Shown here one piece after another: positions 1-8,363 of a DNA stretch of 43,268 nucleotides (position 1 is its first letter; each line of letters starts with the position of its first letter). The DNA comes from a virus. The stretch lies in UHGV virus genome UHGV-0205610. One strand, written 5' to 3'. Both the position numbers and the translations under genes were made by a program. The notes under the pieces were generated by a model. That model had not been told where the DNA came from. It made no database searches and worked only from the letters and a program-made list of their open reading frames with translations.

Positions 1-1500
1 ATTGAATCGGCAATGTGTTTACGCTGGCTTTCCATTGCGACAAAACTGAAGGAGCTGATTGTCTTGAACGCAGTAGGTATTGATGTTGCTAAAGGTAAAA
101 GTGTTGTTTCGATTCTCCGACCTTTCGGTGAAGTGATCTCTAGTCCCTTTGAACTCTGTCATACTTCTAGTGCCATCGACGACTTCATTCATTCTCTTTC
201 AAACCTAGAAGGAGAAGTTAGAATCGTCTTGGAATACACTGGACGCTATCACGAACCCATTGCTCGTTGGCTCTCGGATGCGGATTTTTATGTCAGTGTG
301 GTCAATCCAAAACTCATTAAAGATTTTGGAAACAATTCTCTTCGTAAAGTGAAATCTGACAAAAAAGATGCACTCAAAATTGCTCGTTACGCTCTTGACA
401 ACTGGAATGACCTACGACAGTATTGCTTTATGGACAAGACAAGAGATCAACTAAAAACCATGAACCGACAGTTTGATTTTTACATGAAACATAAGACCGC
501 TCTTAAAAATAATCTCATTGCTCTTTTGGATCAAACCTTTCCTGGAGCGAATACTTTTTTCACCAGTCCTGTTCGAAAAGATGGCAGCCAGAAATGGGTT
601 GATTTTGTCGCCTCTTTTTGGCACGTCGATTGTGTTCGCAAGGTCTCTTTGAGTGTGTTCACTGAACGTTATCGGAAGTTCTGTGTGCGTAAAGGTTACG
701 ACTTCCATCCAGATAAACCAGCGCAAATTTTCGAAGCCTCTAAAGAGTTGATTGCTCTTTTACCTAAAGACAAAATGACCAAAAACTTAATTATGCAAGC
801 AATTGAACAGTTAAACACTCTTTCTAGGACTATTGAGCAGTTACGCCTACAGATGGATCAAACAGCTGCACAATTACCAGAATATCCTGTAGTTATGGCT
901 ATGAAAGGTGTAGGTCCTTCTTTAGGTCCACAGATCATGGCAGAGATTGGCGATGTTCGCCGCTTTTCACGTCGAGGCGCCTTGACTGCTTTTGCAGGGG
1001 TTGATCCAGGTGTCAATCAATCCAGCACCTATAATCAGAAAAGTGTACGAACTTCTAAACGTGGATCTGCTCAACTGCGTAAATCACTGTTTCAAGTAAT
1101 GGACGTTTTAGTGAAAACATCACCCGAAAATGATCCAGTTTACGCATTTCTTTCTAAGAAACGAGCAGAAGGAAAACCGTACTATGTTTACATGACTGCT
1201 GGTGCGAATAAGTTTTTGCGTATATATTACGGTCGAGTAAAAGAGTATCTGGCTTCACTTTCAGAAGAGGAATGATTTTTGTTTTTGAGAGCATAAGTTG
1301 AAACCAGCGATTATCGGTGGTTCTATTTGTCATGCCTTCAATCCAGATAGCTCTCTTTCCAATTTTTTGCTTGACTTTTTATTTGCAGGCTTTATCTATG
1401 CAATCGCTTCGGTTACCGGATCTTTAGTGATACAGCATATTTTGGCTGACTATGTTAATTTCAATTATCCTGAACAAGTTTCCTTCACTAGATAAATGAT
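1..1500 (+). mobile_element. IS110-family insertion sequence, truncated by the left window edge; right boundary approximate
   Basis: Contains a DEDD-type IS110 transposase gene. The downstream minus-strand ORF 1424..1609 reads sensibly only for about 40 codons before it runs into this region, so the IS probably ends near 1480-1500. IS110 elements lack terminal inverted repeats, so the end cannot be fixed by eye. Confidence 0.5.
64..1275 (+). CDS. IS110 family transposase (DEDD/RuvC-like), about 403 aa
   Basis: The ORF-track protein contains LNAVGIDVAKGKS near its N-terminus; starting there (TTG 64, preceded by AAGGAG at 49-54) gives the classic IS110 start MxxVGIDVAK. Conserved central and C-terminal regions are present. 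The track start at 13 is probably a 5-prime over-extension. Confidence 0.8.
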   Translation: MNAVGIDVAKGKSVVSILRPFGEVISSPFELCHTSSAIDDFIHSLSNLEGEVRIVLEYTGRYHEPIARWLSDADFYVSVVNPKLIKDFGNNSLRKVKSDKKDALKIARYALDNWNDLRQYCFMDKTRDQLKTMNRQFDFYMKHKTALKNNLIALLDQTFPGANTFFTSPVRKDGSQKWVDFVASFWHVDCVRKVSLSVFTERYRKFCVRKGYDFHPDKPAQIFEASKELIALLPKDKMTKNLIMQAIEQLNTLSRTIEQLRLQMDQTAAQLPEYPVVMAMKGVGPSLGPQIMAEIGDVRRFSRRGALTAFAGVDPGVNQSSTYNQKSVRTSKRGSAQLRKSLFQVMDVLVKTSPENDPVYAFLSKKRAEGKPYYVYMTAGANKFLRIYYGRVKEYLASLSEEE

Positions 1501-1609
1501 CTACGTAAAACGCACTTGCTTCTTTTCCCGTAGTAAAAGTTTCAGGAAATAGTTTCCATGGCTTGCCTACTCCTGCGCATGTCATGATTCCATAGCAGTC
1601 AACATTCAT
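1424..1609 (-). pseudogene. Probable 5-prime remnant of an early phage gene interrupted by the IS110 insertion
   Basis: Starts MNVDCYGIMTCAGVGKPW with the same coupled RBS/ATG junction as the two upstream genes. After about 40 codons the reading frame continues into IS-adjacent sequence with no sensible protein. Confidence 0.3.
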
Positions 1610-1869
1610 TCCGCCACCTCTTCAAGCGCTTTAATAGTATCTAGGCCGTCCACCTCAACAAACTCGCCTGAGTCCATTAGAACAACCGCTTGCGCGCGTC
1701 TATTATCGGTAAATTGAGTTATTTGGATTAATGTTCCGAATTCCCCTGTAGGCTCATATCTTTTTTCGATGTTATACCAGTGACTTTGCGGTATGCTCTC
1801 ATTCCCAAAAGCAAACTCATCCTTGACGCTTTTTTCAATCCTAGCTAACAGTTCTACTCTAATGTTCAT
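1606..1869 (-). CDS. hypothetical early protein (87 aa)
   Basis: ORF with GAGGTGG RBS embedded in the upstream gene's 3-prime end; translationally coupled ATGA overlap. Confidence 0.5.
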   Translation of the reverse strand: MNIRVELLARIEKSVKDEFAFGNESIPQSHWYNIEKRYEPTGEFGTLIQITQFTDNRRAQAVVLMDSGEFVEVDGLDTIKALEEVAE

Positions 1870-2078
1870 TCCGCCACCTCTTTCAGTAAAATTGCAGGTC
1901 CACAGGCTACTTCATGATTGTACTGATGGATATCTATTTTAATTTGATCGACGATACAATCATCAACCCGTTCGTGCATTTTAAAGTCATACCCCTTACA
2001 TTGATTAAACGCATCTAACCAGTTTTGATCTTCTGAATCCGCTGTAATGATAAACTTGCTCATTGCTTCATTCCCCAT
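1866..2078 (-). CDS. hypothetical early protein (70 aa)
   Basis: ORF; C-terminus LKEVAE plus the coupled junction is identical in 18 bp to the junction at 1605-1622. Confidence 0.5.
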   Translation of the reverse strand: MGNEAMSKFIITADSEDQNWLDAFNQCKGYDFKMHERVDDCIVDQIKIDIHQYNHEVACGPAILLKEVAE

Positions 2079-2449
2079 TCGGCGAGGGCTGCTAGGAGTT
2101 GGAATTGTTCTAATTTGTTTAGTTGATCATGGGCAGTAATGATGTGCTCAGCAGCCATACTATTTCTTTTTGCAAGCTCATATATAAGTCCTGTTGGCGT
2201 TCCCCATTCGGAATTTTTCTTCAACCACTCCAACACGACCTGCTGGTTTTCGTTGAGTTCGGGGTTTATCTTTTCCATTATCGAATCAGTTAAATCAGCA
2301 ACATCACTATCAGTCCATTCCTCGAAGTCATCTAATGTTACTGTTCCAACTGAAAATGAACTTTTTTCCCTAGTTAAGAAATATGCATAAGTATCCTCAA
2401 TATCAATATGTTCATTTATTGCTGAGTGTATTTTGTCTCTAGTATTCAT
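2060..2449 (-). CDS. hypothetical early protein (129 aa), acidic
   Basis: ORF in an operon of small early genes. Confidence 0.5.
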   Translation of the reverse strand: MNTRDKIHSAINEHIDIEDTYAYFLTREKSSFSVGTVTLDDFEEWTDSDVADLTDSIMEKINPELNENQQVVLEWLKKNSEWGTPTGLIYELAKRNSMAAEHIITAHDQLNKLEQFQLLAALAEWGMKQ

Positions 2450-2457
2450 TCAGCCAC

Positions 2458-2958
2458 CTACACTTTCTCGACTGTGCCGCCAGTGATATATGCGGTATAC
2501 AATGCCGTTTCCTCGTTATCAAAGAGGATCGGCTTTTTCTTCGTACTGTCGAAAGCCCAATGTAACGAGTTGCCATATCCTGCTTCTATTGATGTCAGAC
2601 AATACTTTTGATCATTAATTATTTTCCACTTCAGCTCTTCCTCGATCTCGTCTGGAATACGAAGTTCAGTAAAATGTGTCTTATACTTTGGAAAATCGTC
2701 ATCTAGTGGTGTGCCGCAATATGGTGGTTCTTCGACTGGAAAATTCCACCAGAGAACAGGACCAATGTCTTCGTGCCATTTTTCGGCTATTTGAGCGATC
2801 ACTTTCTGCGGTTCGTCTAGTTGCTTGATAATATCTAGAATGTCATCGGAGGCATCATTGTATCCTTCCTTATAATCCGAACTGTCGAGTGACGTTTCAG
2901 GTTTTGAAAAATCATATTTTTCTTTTTTAATTCCTTCGATCAACTTTTGTTTATTCAT
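2458..2958 (-). CDS. hypothetical early protein (about 166 aa)
   Basis: The ORF track gives 2458..3006, but AGGAGG sits 6 nt before the internal ATG (MNKQKLIEG...), which favours a start at 2958. Confidence 0.45.
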   Translation of the reverse strand: MNKQKLIEGIKKEKYDFSKPETSLDSSDYKEGYNDASDDILDIIKQLDEPQKVIAQIAEKWHEDIGPVLWWNFPVEEPPYCGTPLDDDFPKYKTHFTELRIPDEIEEELKWKIINDQKYCLTSIEAGYGNSLHWAFDSTKKKPILFDNEETALYTAYITGGTVEKV

Positions 2959-3031
2959 TCCATACCTCCTAATTTCTATGTGATCAAAAAGTTGATTAAT
3001 GATCACATAGATTCTTACTTGATAGGCTGAG

Positions 3032-4276
3032 TTACCGGAGCTTCAATCTTCTTGCTATGTCGAAAATCACCGCTACAGTAACGCTATTTCCTGCTTGTTT
3101 ATATAACTGACTCGCTGAATTTACTGCGGCCGCACGATCAAACGCCCAATCAGGAAAAGTCTGTAATCTCCAACATTCTCGTGGGGTCAATTTTCTAATA
3201 TGCAATTCCTCAGTAACTACACCTTGCTTTTCTCCAATCACCAATGTATTAACGATCTTTTTCCCTACACGACCTCGACGAGTTTTAGAATTCGGATGAG
3301 AGATATTTACGCCATCCCCTGGTTCCGCTACTGTATATCCTTTTGATGTTGCCTCTTTAATCAGTATTTTTGGTTCCTGCCCGCCTCCTTGCATCGTTGA
3401 TAAGGTTGGCGCTAACCCCTCGGAATTATAAACTCTAGAATTTTGGTCATGATTTCCAGGTAATTTCCCCGCAATCATAATGCCGTGTCTGTCCTGAGCC
3501 GTGAGAGTAAACATTTCTTCCCCGTATTCTTTGAATCGCCTACCATTTTGACGCTTTTCTGCTCGATCAGGTGTTAAAACAGGAATTGCTATTTTCAAAG
3601 GATCCTTTTGAGTAGTAGTGCTGCACATAGTTGGAGAAATGCTATCAATCGATACTACATCTCCGCTTTGAGAAGAACCCTTTTTTCTTATGTTTCCGAT
3701 TTTTTTGATTCTAAATTGTCTATCAGTCTCTGAGTCATCGCTTCCGAAAGGAAATATTTTTTCGGTACCTGCTCCTCTAAGATGTCCGATAATGAAAACT
3801 CGCTCCCGGTTTTGTGGAACGTAGTCCTTAGAGTTAAGCACTTGCCATTCCACATCATACCCGAGTTCATCCAAGGCTCTGAGGATTGTCTCGAACGTAG
3901 CCCCTCCTTCGTGATTAAGGAGTCCTTTGACGTTCTCAAGGAATAAATAGCTTGGTCTGAGAATAGATGCGAACCTTGCAATTTCAAAGAAGAGAGTTCC
4001 TCTAGTATCCTCGAAACCTTGTCGCTTTCCTGCAATTGAAAAAGCCTGGCACGGAAATCCTCCACAGATAACGTCGACACTTCCGATTCCTCGAATAAAC
4101 TCATCTGTAATTGTTGTGATGTCATACATTTCAACCTCGTTTTCTGTATCAAATATTGCTTTATAGCTTTTTCTAGCAAATTTATCTTTTTCGCAAAAGC
4201 CAACACATTTATGCCCGGCTTGTTCCATTCCGAGACGGAAGCCGCCGATCCCTGAGAATAAGTCTAAAAACTTCAT
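3032..4276 (-). CDS. DNA (cytosine-5)-methyltransferase, orphan
   Basis: C5-MTase motifs in order: FSGIGG (motif I), GGFPCQAFSIAG (motif IV, PCQ), ENVKGL (motif VI), QxGNSV near the C-terminus. No adjacent restriction endonuclease gene. Confidence 0.9.
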   Translation of the reverse strand: MKFLDLFSGIGGFRLGMEQAGHKCVGFCEKDKFARKSYKAIFDTENEVEMYDITTITDEFIRGIGSVDVICGGFPCQAFSIAGKRQGFEDTRGTLFFEIARFASILRPSYLFLENVKGLLNHEGGATFETILRALDELGYDVEWQVLNSKDYVPQNRERVFIIGHLRGAGTEKIFPFGSDDSETDRQFRIKKIGNIRKKGSSQSGDVVSIDSISPTMCSTTTQKDPLKIAIPVLTPDRAEKRQNGRRFKEYGEEMFTLTAQDRHGIMIAGKLPGNHDQNSRVYNSEGLAPTLSTMQGGGQEPKILIKEATSKGYTVAEPGDGVNISHPNSKTRRGRVGKKIVNTLVIGEKQGVVTEELHIRKLTPRECWRLQTFPDWAFDRAAAVNSASQLYKQAGNSVTVAVIFDIARRLKLR

Positions 4277-4506
4277 GCTCCCATCTCCTTTTCTTTATTC
4301 GATCTTCATAGAGATTAGCTGTTTCAAGTTAATCCCAACTCCTGTCTGATCAGGATTTAAACTAAAACTTTCAGGAGTGCACATTACTTTGTGGCCTTCG
4401 GTTGTGATCCAAAGATATAAATCTGCATCATCTGGAAAATCATCCAAAAGTTCTTTTGCTTCTCCAACTTTCATATAATCGGTCCTTTTCTCCTTAATTG
4501 GCGTGG

Positions 4507-4875
4507 TTACCGGAACTTTGTCTCGAAGATATTATTAACAACTACACTGCGGAAACTTACATTCGCAAGTAAATTGTCATCACCTGCCATAAAAGCTCCG
4601 TTGTGGAGGATGACTTCTTCATTCCAACCAAAACCAGTATCTTTTTCCTCATCATCGATGACCGTGATAATATCTCCTACATAAATTTCAGTACCATTCT
4701 TATCACTCAATCCAGTTGATTGCGTGAGAACAATTTGATCGGTCACATCAATAGTGCTTTCGGATAAACCAATATCACCAGCGAATATTTTTCCTGTCCT
4801 CAAATCTAAAACCAAATCACCATAATTTATAAATGATTGGGTTTTCTTGTTCCACGCTCTATATTTTGGTATCAT
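4507..4875 (-). CDS. YopX family phage protein
   Basis: N-terminus MIPKYRAWNKKTQSF is the typical K(Y/F)RAW(D/N)K YopX signature; about 120 aa. Confidence 0.65.
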   Translation of the reverse strand: MIPKYRAWNKKTQSFINYGDLVLDLRTGKIFAGDIGLSESTIDVTDQIVLTQSTGLSDKNGTEIYVGDIITVIDDEEKDTGFGWNEEVILHNGAFMAGDDNLLANVSFRSVVVNNIFETKFR

Positions 4876-5081
4876 TCGCCGTCCTCCTTGGAATGTGTAT
4901 TTTGAAAATAATCCACAGCTAGTTGTGTTTGAAGCTCATCCAAATCCAAATAGACTTTGTTTATAAGTGTCTGTGTGAGATTGTTTTCAACTAAGTATTC
5001 GTCTATTTTTTTCAACAACTCGCGAATTTGTTTATATCGCAAGCGATTCTCACATTGTTTAATAAAACGTTTATCGTCCAA
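4872..5081 (-). CDS. hypothetical protein (69 aa)
   Basis: ORF; start overlaps the stop of the upstream gene region. Confidence 0.45.
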   Translation of the reverse strand: MDDKRFIKQCENRLRYKQIRELLKKIDEYLVENNLTQTLINKVYLDLDELQTQLAVDYFQNTHSKEDGE

Positions 5082-5113
5082 GTTAAACCTCCTTGATTGT
5101 TGTCGTTAGTGGA

Positions 5114-5566
5114 CTAAATACTACCTGTTTGAAAACCATAATGTGCAGTTTCAACGCCGTCATAATCACTTATTTCCCACTCAGCCCCATCGGGTATATC
5201 AACGACTTTAAGACTTGCATATGGTCCACTGGCCTCACTTCCTAGTTTTTCGACAACAGCAACGAGGTCCTTATCACCTCTGTTTGAATCACTTGAAAAA
5301 CTGGAATCATCAGCAATTCCGTACAGTCGGTCAATTTCGCTATAAATTCCTGTAACTTTGTCGATTTTCGGGTCTTTTTTGAAATAGTAGATAAAATCCA
5401 TCGAACCTAGCTTTTGGCCTGTGTGTCTCGTGTATTCATCATCTGAGTCATAGCTAAAGTTATTGATGTATGGGAATACTTCAATATTTTTTCTTTTAAA
5501 AATTTCCATTTTTGCTTCATGGCTCAACCCAAAGCCACCAAAACATTTATTTAATACAATCTTCAT
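5114..5566 (-). CDS. hypothetical phage protein (150 aa)
   Basis: ORF MKIVLNKCFGGFGLSHEAK...; no family recognised. Confidence 0.45.
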   Translation of the reverse strand: MKIVLNKCFGGFGLSHEAKMEIFKRKNIEVFPYINNFSYDSDDEYTRHTGQKLGSMDFIYYFKKDPKIDKVTGIYSEIDRLYGIADDSSFSSDSNRGDKDLVAVVEKLGSEASGPYASLKVVDIPDGAEWEISDYDGVETAHYGFQTGSI

Positions 5567-5591
5567 TACTTTTCCTCCTTTGTTTACTTCG

Positions 5592-6062
5592 TTAGCTGAA
5601 TTTTTTCATAAACACAAGCCAATGTGTTTTGCTTCGTTTATTACCAAACAATGGCTGTTCTCCAATAGCCTCTAACACCTCAGAAAGTGGAACCTGATCC
5701 TCGTTCCATTTAAAAATTAGTGTTCCAGCCGGCCGCAGAACTCGCATACATTCTGCAAAGCCTTGTCTTATGTCTTCTGGCCATAGTTCATCTAGTCGAC
5801 CGTATTTCTTTGCCAACCAAGAGCTTTCACCAACGTTAATAAGATGCGGCGGATCAAAAACAACCATGTCAAAAACGTCATCTTCAAACGGCATATCTCG
5901 AAAGTCAGCAACAATATCTGGATCAACATTGACCACGTGGCCTGTTGGTAGTTCTTCGTAATACTGCCGGCAATCCATGAATGTTACGTCTGGATTTTCC
6001 TTATCAAACCAGAACATCCGGCTGCCGCAACAAGCATCTAAAATTCTGGGCAAACCAGTCAC
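5592..6062 (-). CDS. small SAM-dependent methyltransferase, probably DNA N6-adenine/N4-cytosine type
   Basis: ILDACCGSR matches SAM-binding motif I; VVFDPPHL matches the DPP(Y/H) catalytic motif IV of amino-MTases. 156 aa, as in small phage orphan MTases. Confidence 0.5.
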   Translation of the reverse strand: MTGLPRILDACCGSRMFWFDKENPDVTFMDCRQYYEELPTGHVVNVDPDIVADFRDMPFEDDVFDMVVFDPPHLINVGESSWLAKKYGRLDELWPEDIRQGFAECMRVLRPAGTLIFKWNEDQVPLSEVLEAIGEQPLFGNKRSKTHWLVFMKKFS

Positions 6063-6109
6063 TCCTTCCTACGTGATAGCCCCAGCTTCGGTTGTAGAGC
6101 TTGCTTTTT

Positions 6110-6439
6110 TTAAATCTTGTCAACGAATAACCGCCAATTGTTCATTTCATTGATACTATTTTGACGCCAATCTGTGTTATGTCTCCACACTTGATTTGGA
6201 TATGTTAAATGAAAATCTTCACGAATTTCTCGATCATACTCAGCATACCAACGAATGTCTTTTCGACAATGCTTGCCCTCAAGCCACAAAATTCGCCTCC
6301 ATCTCCGTTTACCATTCTGTTTTTTAAACAAAATATTACCTCCTTTTTCCTCTGCTAATGCGCCAGTTAGCGTACTAATCTTCTTTCTCTGGAACCATGT
6401 CAATGATTTCAATAGCGACAATGTAGTCTGATAAATCAT
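6110..6439 (-). CDS. hypothetical protein; start uncertain
   Basis: ORF; basic, Trp/Arg-rich C-terminal half. Confidence 0.35.
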   Translation of the reverse strand: MIYQTTLSLLKSLTWFQRKKISTLTGALAEEKGGNILFKKQNGKRRWRRILWLEGKHCRKDIRWYAEYDREIREDFHLTYPNQVWRHNTDWRQNSINEMNNWRLFVDKI

Positions 6440-6703
6440 CCCACTCGCCTTCCTCTAGTAGTTCCTCACCATTTTTATCTTTTAATACCATGCTGTACCA
6501 CTCATCACCAAGGTCTTTGAGTTGTGCATCATTGTCTTCAAATGACATATCATACAAATCGTCAGCATCAACTCTTAATAGACTTGCGCCCTTCGTATTG
6601 CCTTTGACACGATATGTCACATATCCTTTATATTTCCATACTTGAAAAGTGACTTTAATAGTTTTAATTCCCCAGTGAATGTTTAAATCATAATTTTCCA
6701 TAT
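6375..6703 (-). CDS. hypothetical protein (about 109 aa)
   Basis: The ORF track gives 6375..6803. GGAGGAAAAAT sits before the internal ATG (MENYDLNIHWG...), which favours a start near 6703. Confidence 0.4.
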
Positions 6704-6748
6704 TTTTCCTCCTTGATTGCGCCAGTTTGCGGAGTTTTTTCTTATGTC

Positions 6749-6991
6749 CTAACCAATCCTCCGCCACTTTCTCAACGTCCCTTTTCTTCCATGCGCCTGA
6801 CAACCTAGAAGGTCAAACCTCACTCCTGCACGGCTTGGTTTTCGCTTACGATTCCTATCGATCGTGTCTTTGTGAACCACGTGTTTGTCACCGTTAGAAT
6901 CCTCCACGATAATAATATTTTTGTAGGGTTGATCTAGATATTCGATTTCTTCACCCACGATAGACTCGCCGTAGATATTTGCTATATGCAT
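6749..6991 (-). CDS. hypothetical protein (80 aa)
   Basis: ORF; ATGA overlap with the upstream gene. Confidence 0.35.
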   Translation of the reverse strand: MHIANIYGESIVGEEIEYLDQPYKNIIIVEDSNGDKHVVHKDTIDRNRKRKPSRAGVRFDLLGCQAHGRKGTLRKWRRIG

Positions 6992-6992
6992 G

Positions 6993-7481
6993 CTAATCCT
7001 CCATTTCGTTTATCACATAGTTTCTTTCAATTCCGTATTTCCGCATCCATTGATAAATCGTTCCTTGGGACGCACCAAAATCTCGACTCGCTTTCTTCCA
7101 ACCGCCGCTTTTGTATGACTTTTCTAATTCTTCGGCAGTAGGAACCACTAGCTTTCTAAATTTTGGTAACTGGTGTTTGTGCCTCACATAAGCAAATATC
7201 TTACGATCAATCGTGTATACCTCATGAATCTGAGCTATTGTTTTCCCCTGTCTAATCATTTCAACTATTTTCTTCTCCATCCCTGGACGTTTGTTCAAAT
7301 AGTCCTGATATTTTTCTTTTTTCGATTTTGAGGAGTCGTCTTTGTCATCCGCTAATATGATTTTCATAAGCGTTTTATGCCTATCACTTTTTTCCCTGTC
7401 TAAATACCACTCTGGATCATTGATCAATAATAACAATTCGCTCCACGCCGCTTGTTGTTCTGGTGTTTTACGTCTACTCAT
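6993..7481 (-). CDS. hypothetical DNA-binding protein (HTH-like C-terminal region)
   Basis: ORF; the C-terminal segment GASQGTIYQWMRKYGI resembles a helix-turn-helix. Confidence 0.4.
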   Translation of the reverse strand: MSRRKTPEQQAAWSELLLLINDPEWYLDREKSDRHKTLMKIILADDKDDSSKSKKEKYQDYLNKRPGMEKKIVEMIRQGKTIAQIHEVYTIDRKIFAYVRHKHQLPKFRKLVVPTAEELEKSYKSGGWKKASRDFGASQGTIYQWMRKYGIERNYVINEMED

Positions 7482-7491
7482 TTAACCCCTC

Positions 7492-7950
7492 CTAAAATGG
7501 CAGATCATCGTCACTGCTGTCGATTGACGAACCACTGAACGGGTCGCCTGTATATTTATCGTTATTTTTATTAGACATTCCTTGTCCGTCAAAATTATTC
7601 ATATCGTTATTTTTTCGTTGTTCATTCGCACTACGTGATTCAAGCAATTGGAAGTTCTCAGCAACTACTTCTGTTACATAGACACGTTGTCCTTGCTGAT
7701 TTTCATAGTTTCTTGTTTGAATGCGGCCAGTCACACCTAGCAGCGTTCCCTTTTTAGCATAATTGGCTAACGTCTCTGCTGACTTCCGCCAAATTACGCA
7801 GTTAATAAAGTCTGCATTTCTATTCCCATCTTGATTGGTAAAGTTTCTGTTCACTGCAAGAGTGAATGTTGCTACTCCAGTGCCACTCGCTGTGTATCGT
7901 AAGTTTGGATCAGCCGTTAACCTTCCTACTAGAACCACATTGTTTATCAT
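7492..7950 (-). CDS. ssb: single-stranded DNA-binding protein
   Basis: Canonical OB-fold SSB N-terminus ([18 protein letters not shown]...), Gly/Asn/Gln-rich linker and acidic C-terminal tail DDDLPF. Confidence 0.9.
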   Translation of the reverse strand: MINNVVLVGRLTADPNLRYTASGTGVATFTLAVNRNFTNQDGNRNADFINCVIWRKSAETLANYAKKGTLLGVTGRIQTRNYENQQGQRVYVTEVVAENFQLLESRSANEQRKNNDMNNFDGQGMSNKNNDKYTGDPFSGSSIDSSDDDLPF

Positions 7951-8363
7951 TTGTTTTCCTCCAAGCTTGTAATTTCAATTTCTATTCGCGGATTTAACGA
8001 ATAAAGTTTTTGTGACGATAGTGCAGCTACCTGCCCATCATCTTTGAAGAGTATTTCATTGCTACAGTCCAAAACAGCTTTAATATAGTTATCTATGTCT
8101 GGTCGCTTATCAACATAAATCGCCTCTGATTCGAGTTCTAAGCGTTTCTTTTTCACCTCGGCTATCCGTTTAGGTGGATAGATGTAAAATGTCATAGAAA
8201 CAAATATAGCGCCCTTCTCGATAATTTTAGGGTTCATCAATCTAAGCTGACTCTCGCAATTGTGCTTCCACTGTTTCATCTTTTTGTCTTCATAGGTGCC
8301 ATATCTTCCAAATCGAGGTCTTGACTGCGGCTTAGGTTCTAAATGTAATGTGTAGAATGTCAA
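7947..8363 (-). CDS. rusA: RusA-family Holliday junction resolvase
   Basis: About 138 aa with an N-terminal P..SRPRF segment, the catalytic [12 protein letters not shown] (DxDN) motif and DDGQV. Sits next to ssb in the recombination/replication module. Confidence 0.65.
   Translation of the reverse strand: MTFYTLHLEPKPQSRPRFGRYGTYEDKKMKQWKHNCESQLRLMNPKIIEKGAIFVSMTFYIYPPKRIAEVKKKRLELESEAIYVDKRPDIDNYIKAVLDCSNEILFKDDGQVAALSSQKLYSLNPRIEIEITSLEENK

Noticed and set aside
13-63. N-terminal 17-codon extension of the transposase ORF from ATG 13
   Set aside because: IS110 transposases start MxxVGIDVAK; TTG 64 has a proper AAGGAG RBS whereas ATG 13 has none.
3688-4206. 172-aa minus-strand ORF inside the C5-methyltransferase gene
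   Set aside because: Alternative frame entirely within a well-supported CDS; no RBS logic; it arises from the codon composition of the MTase gene.
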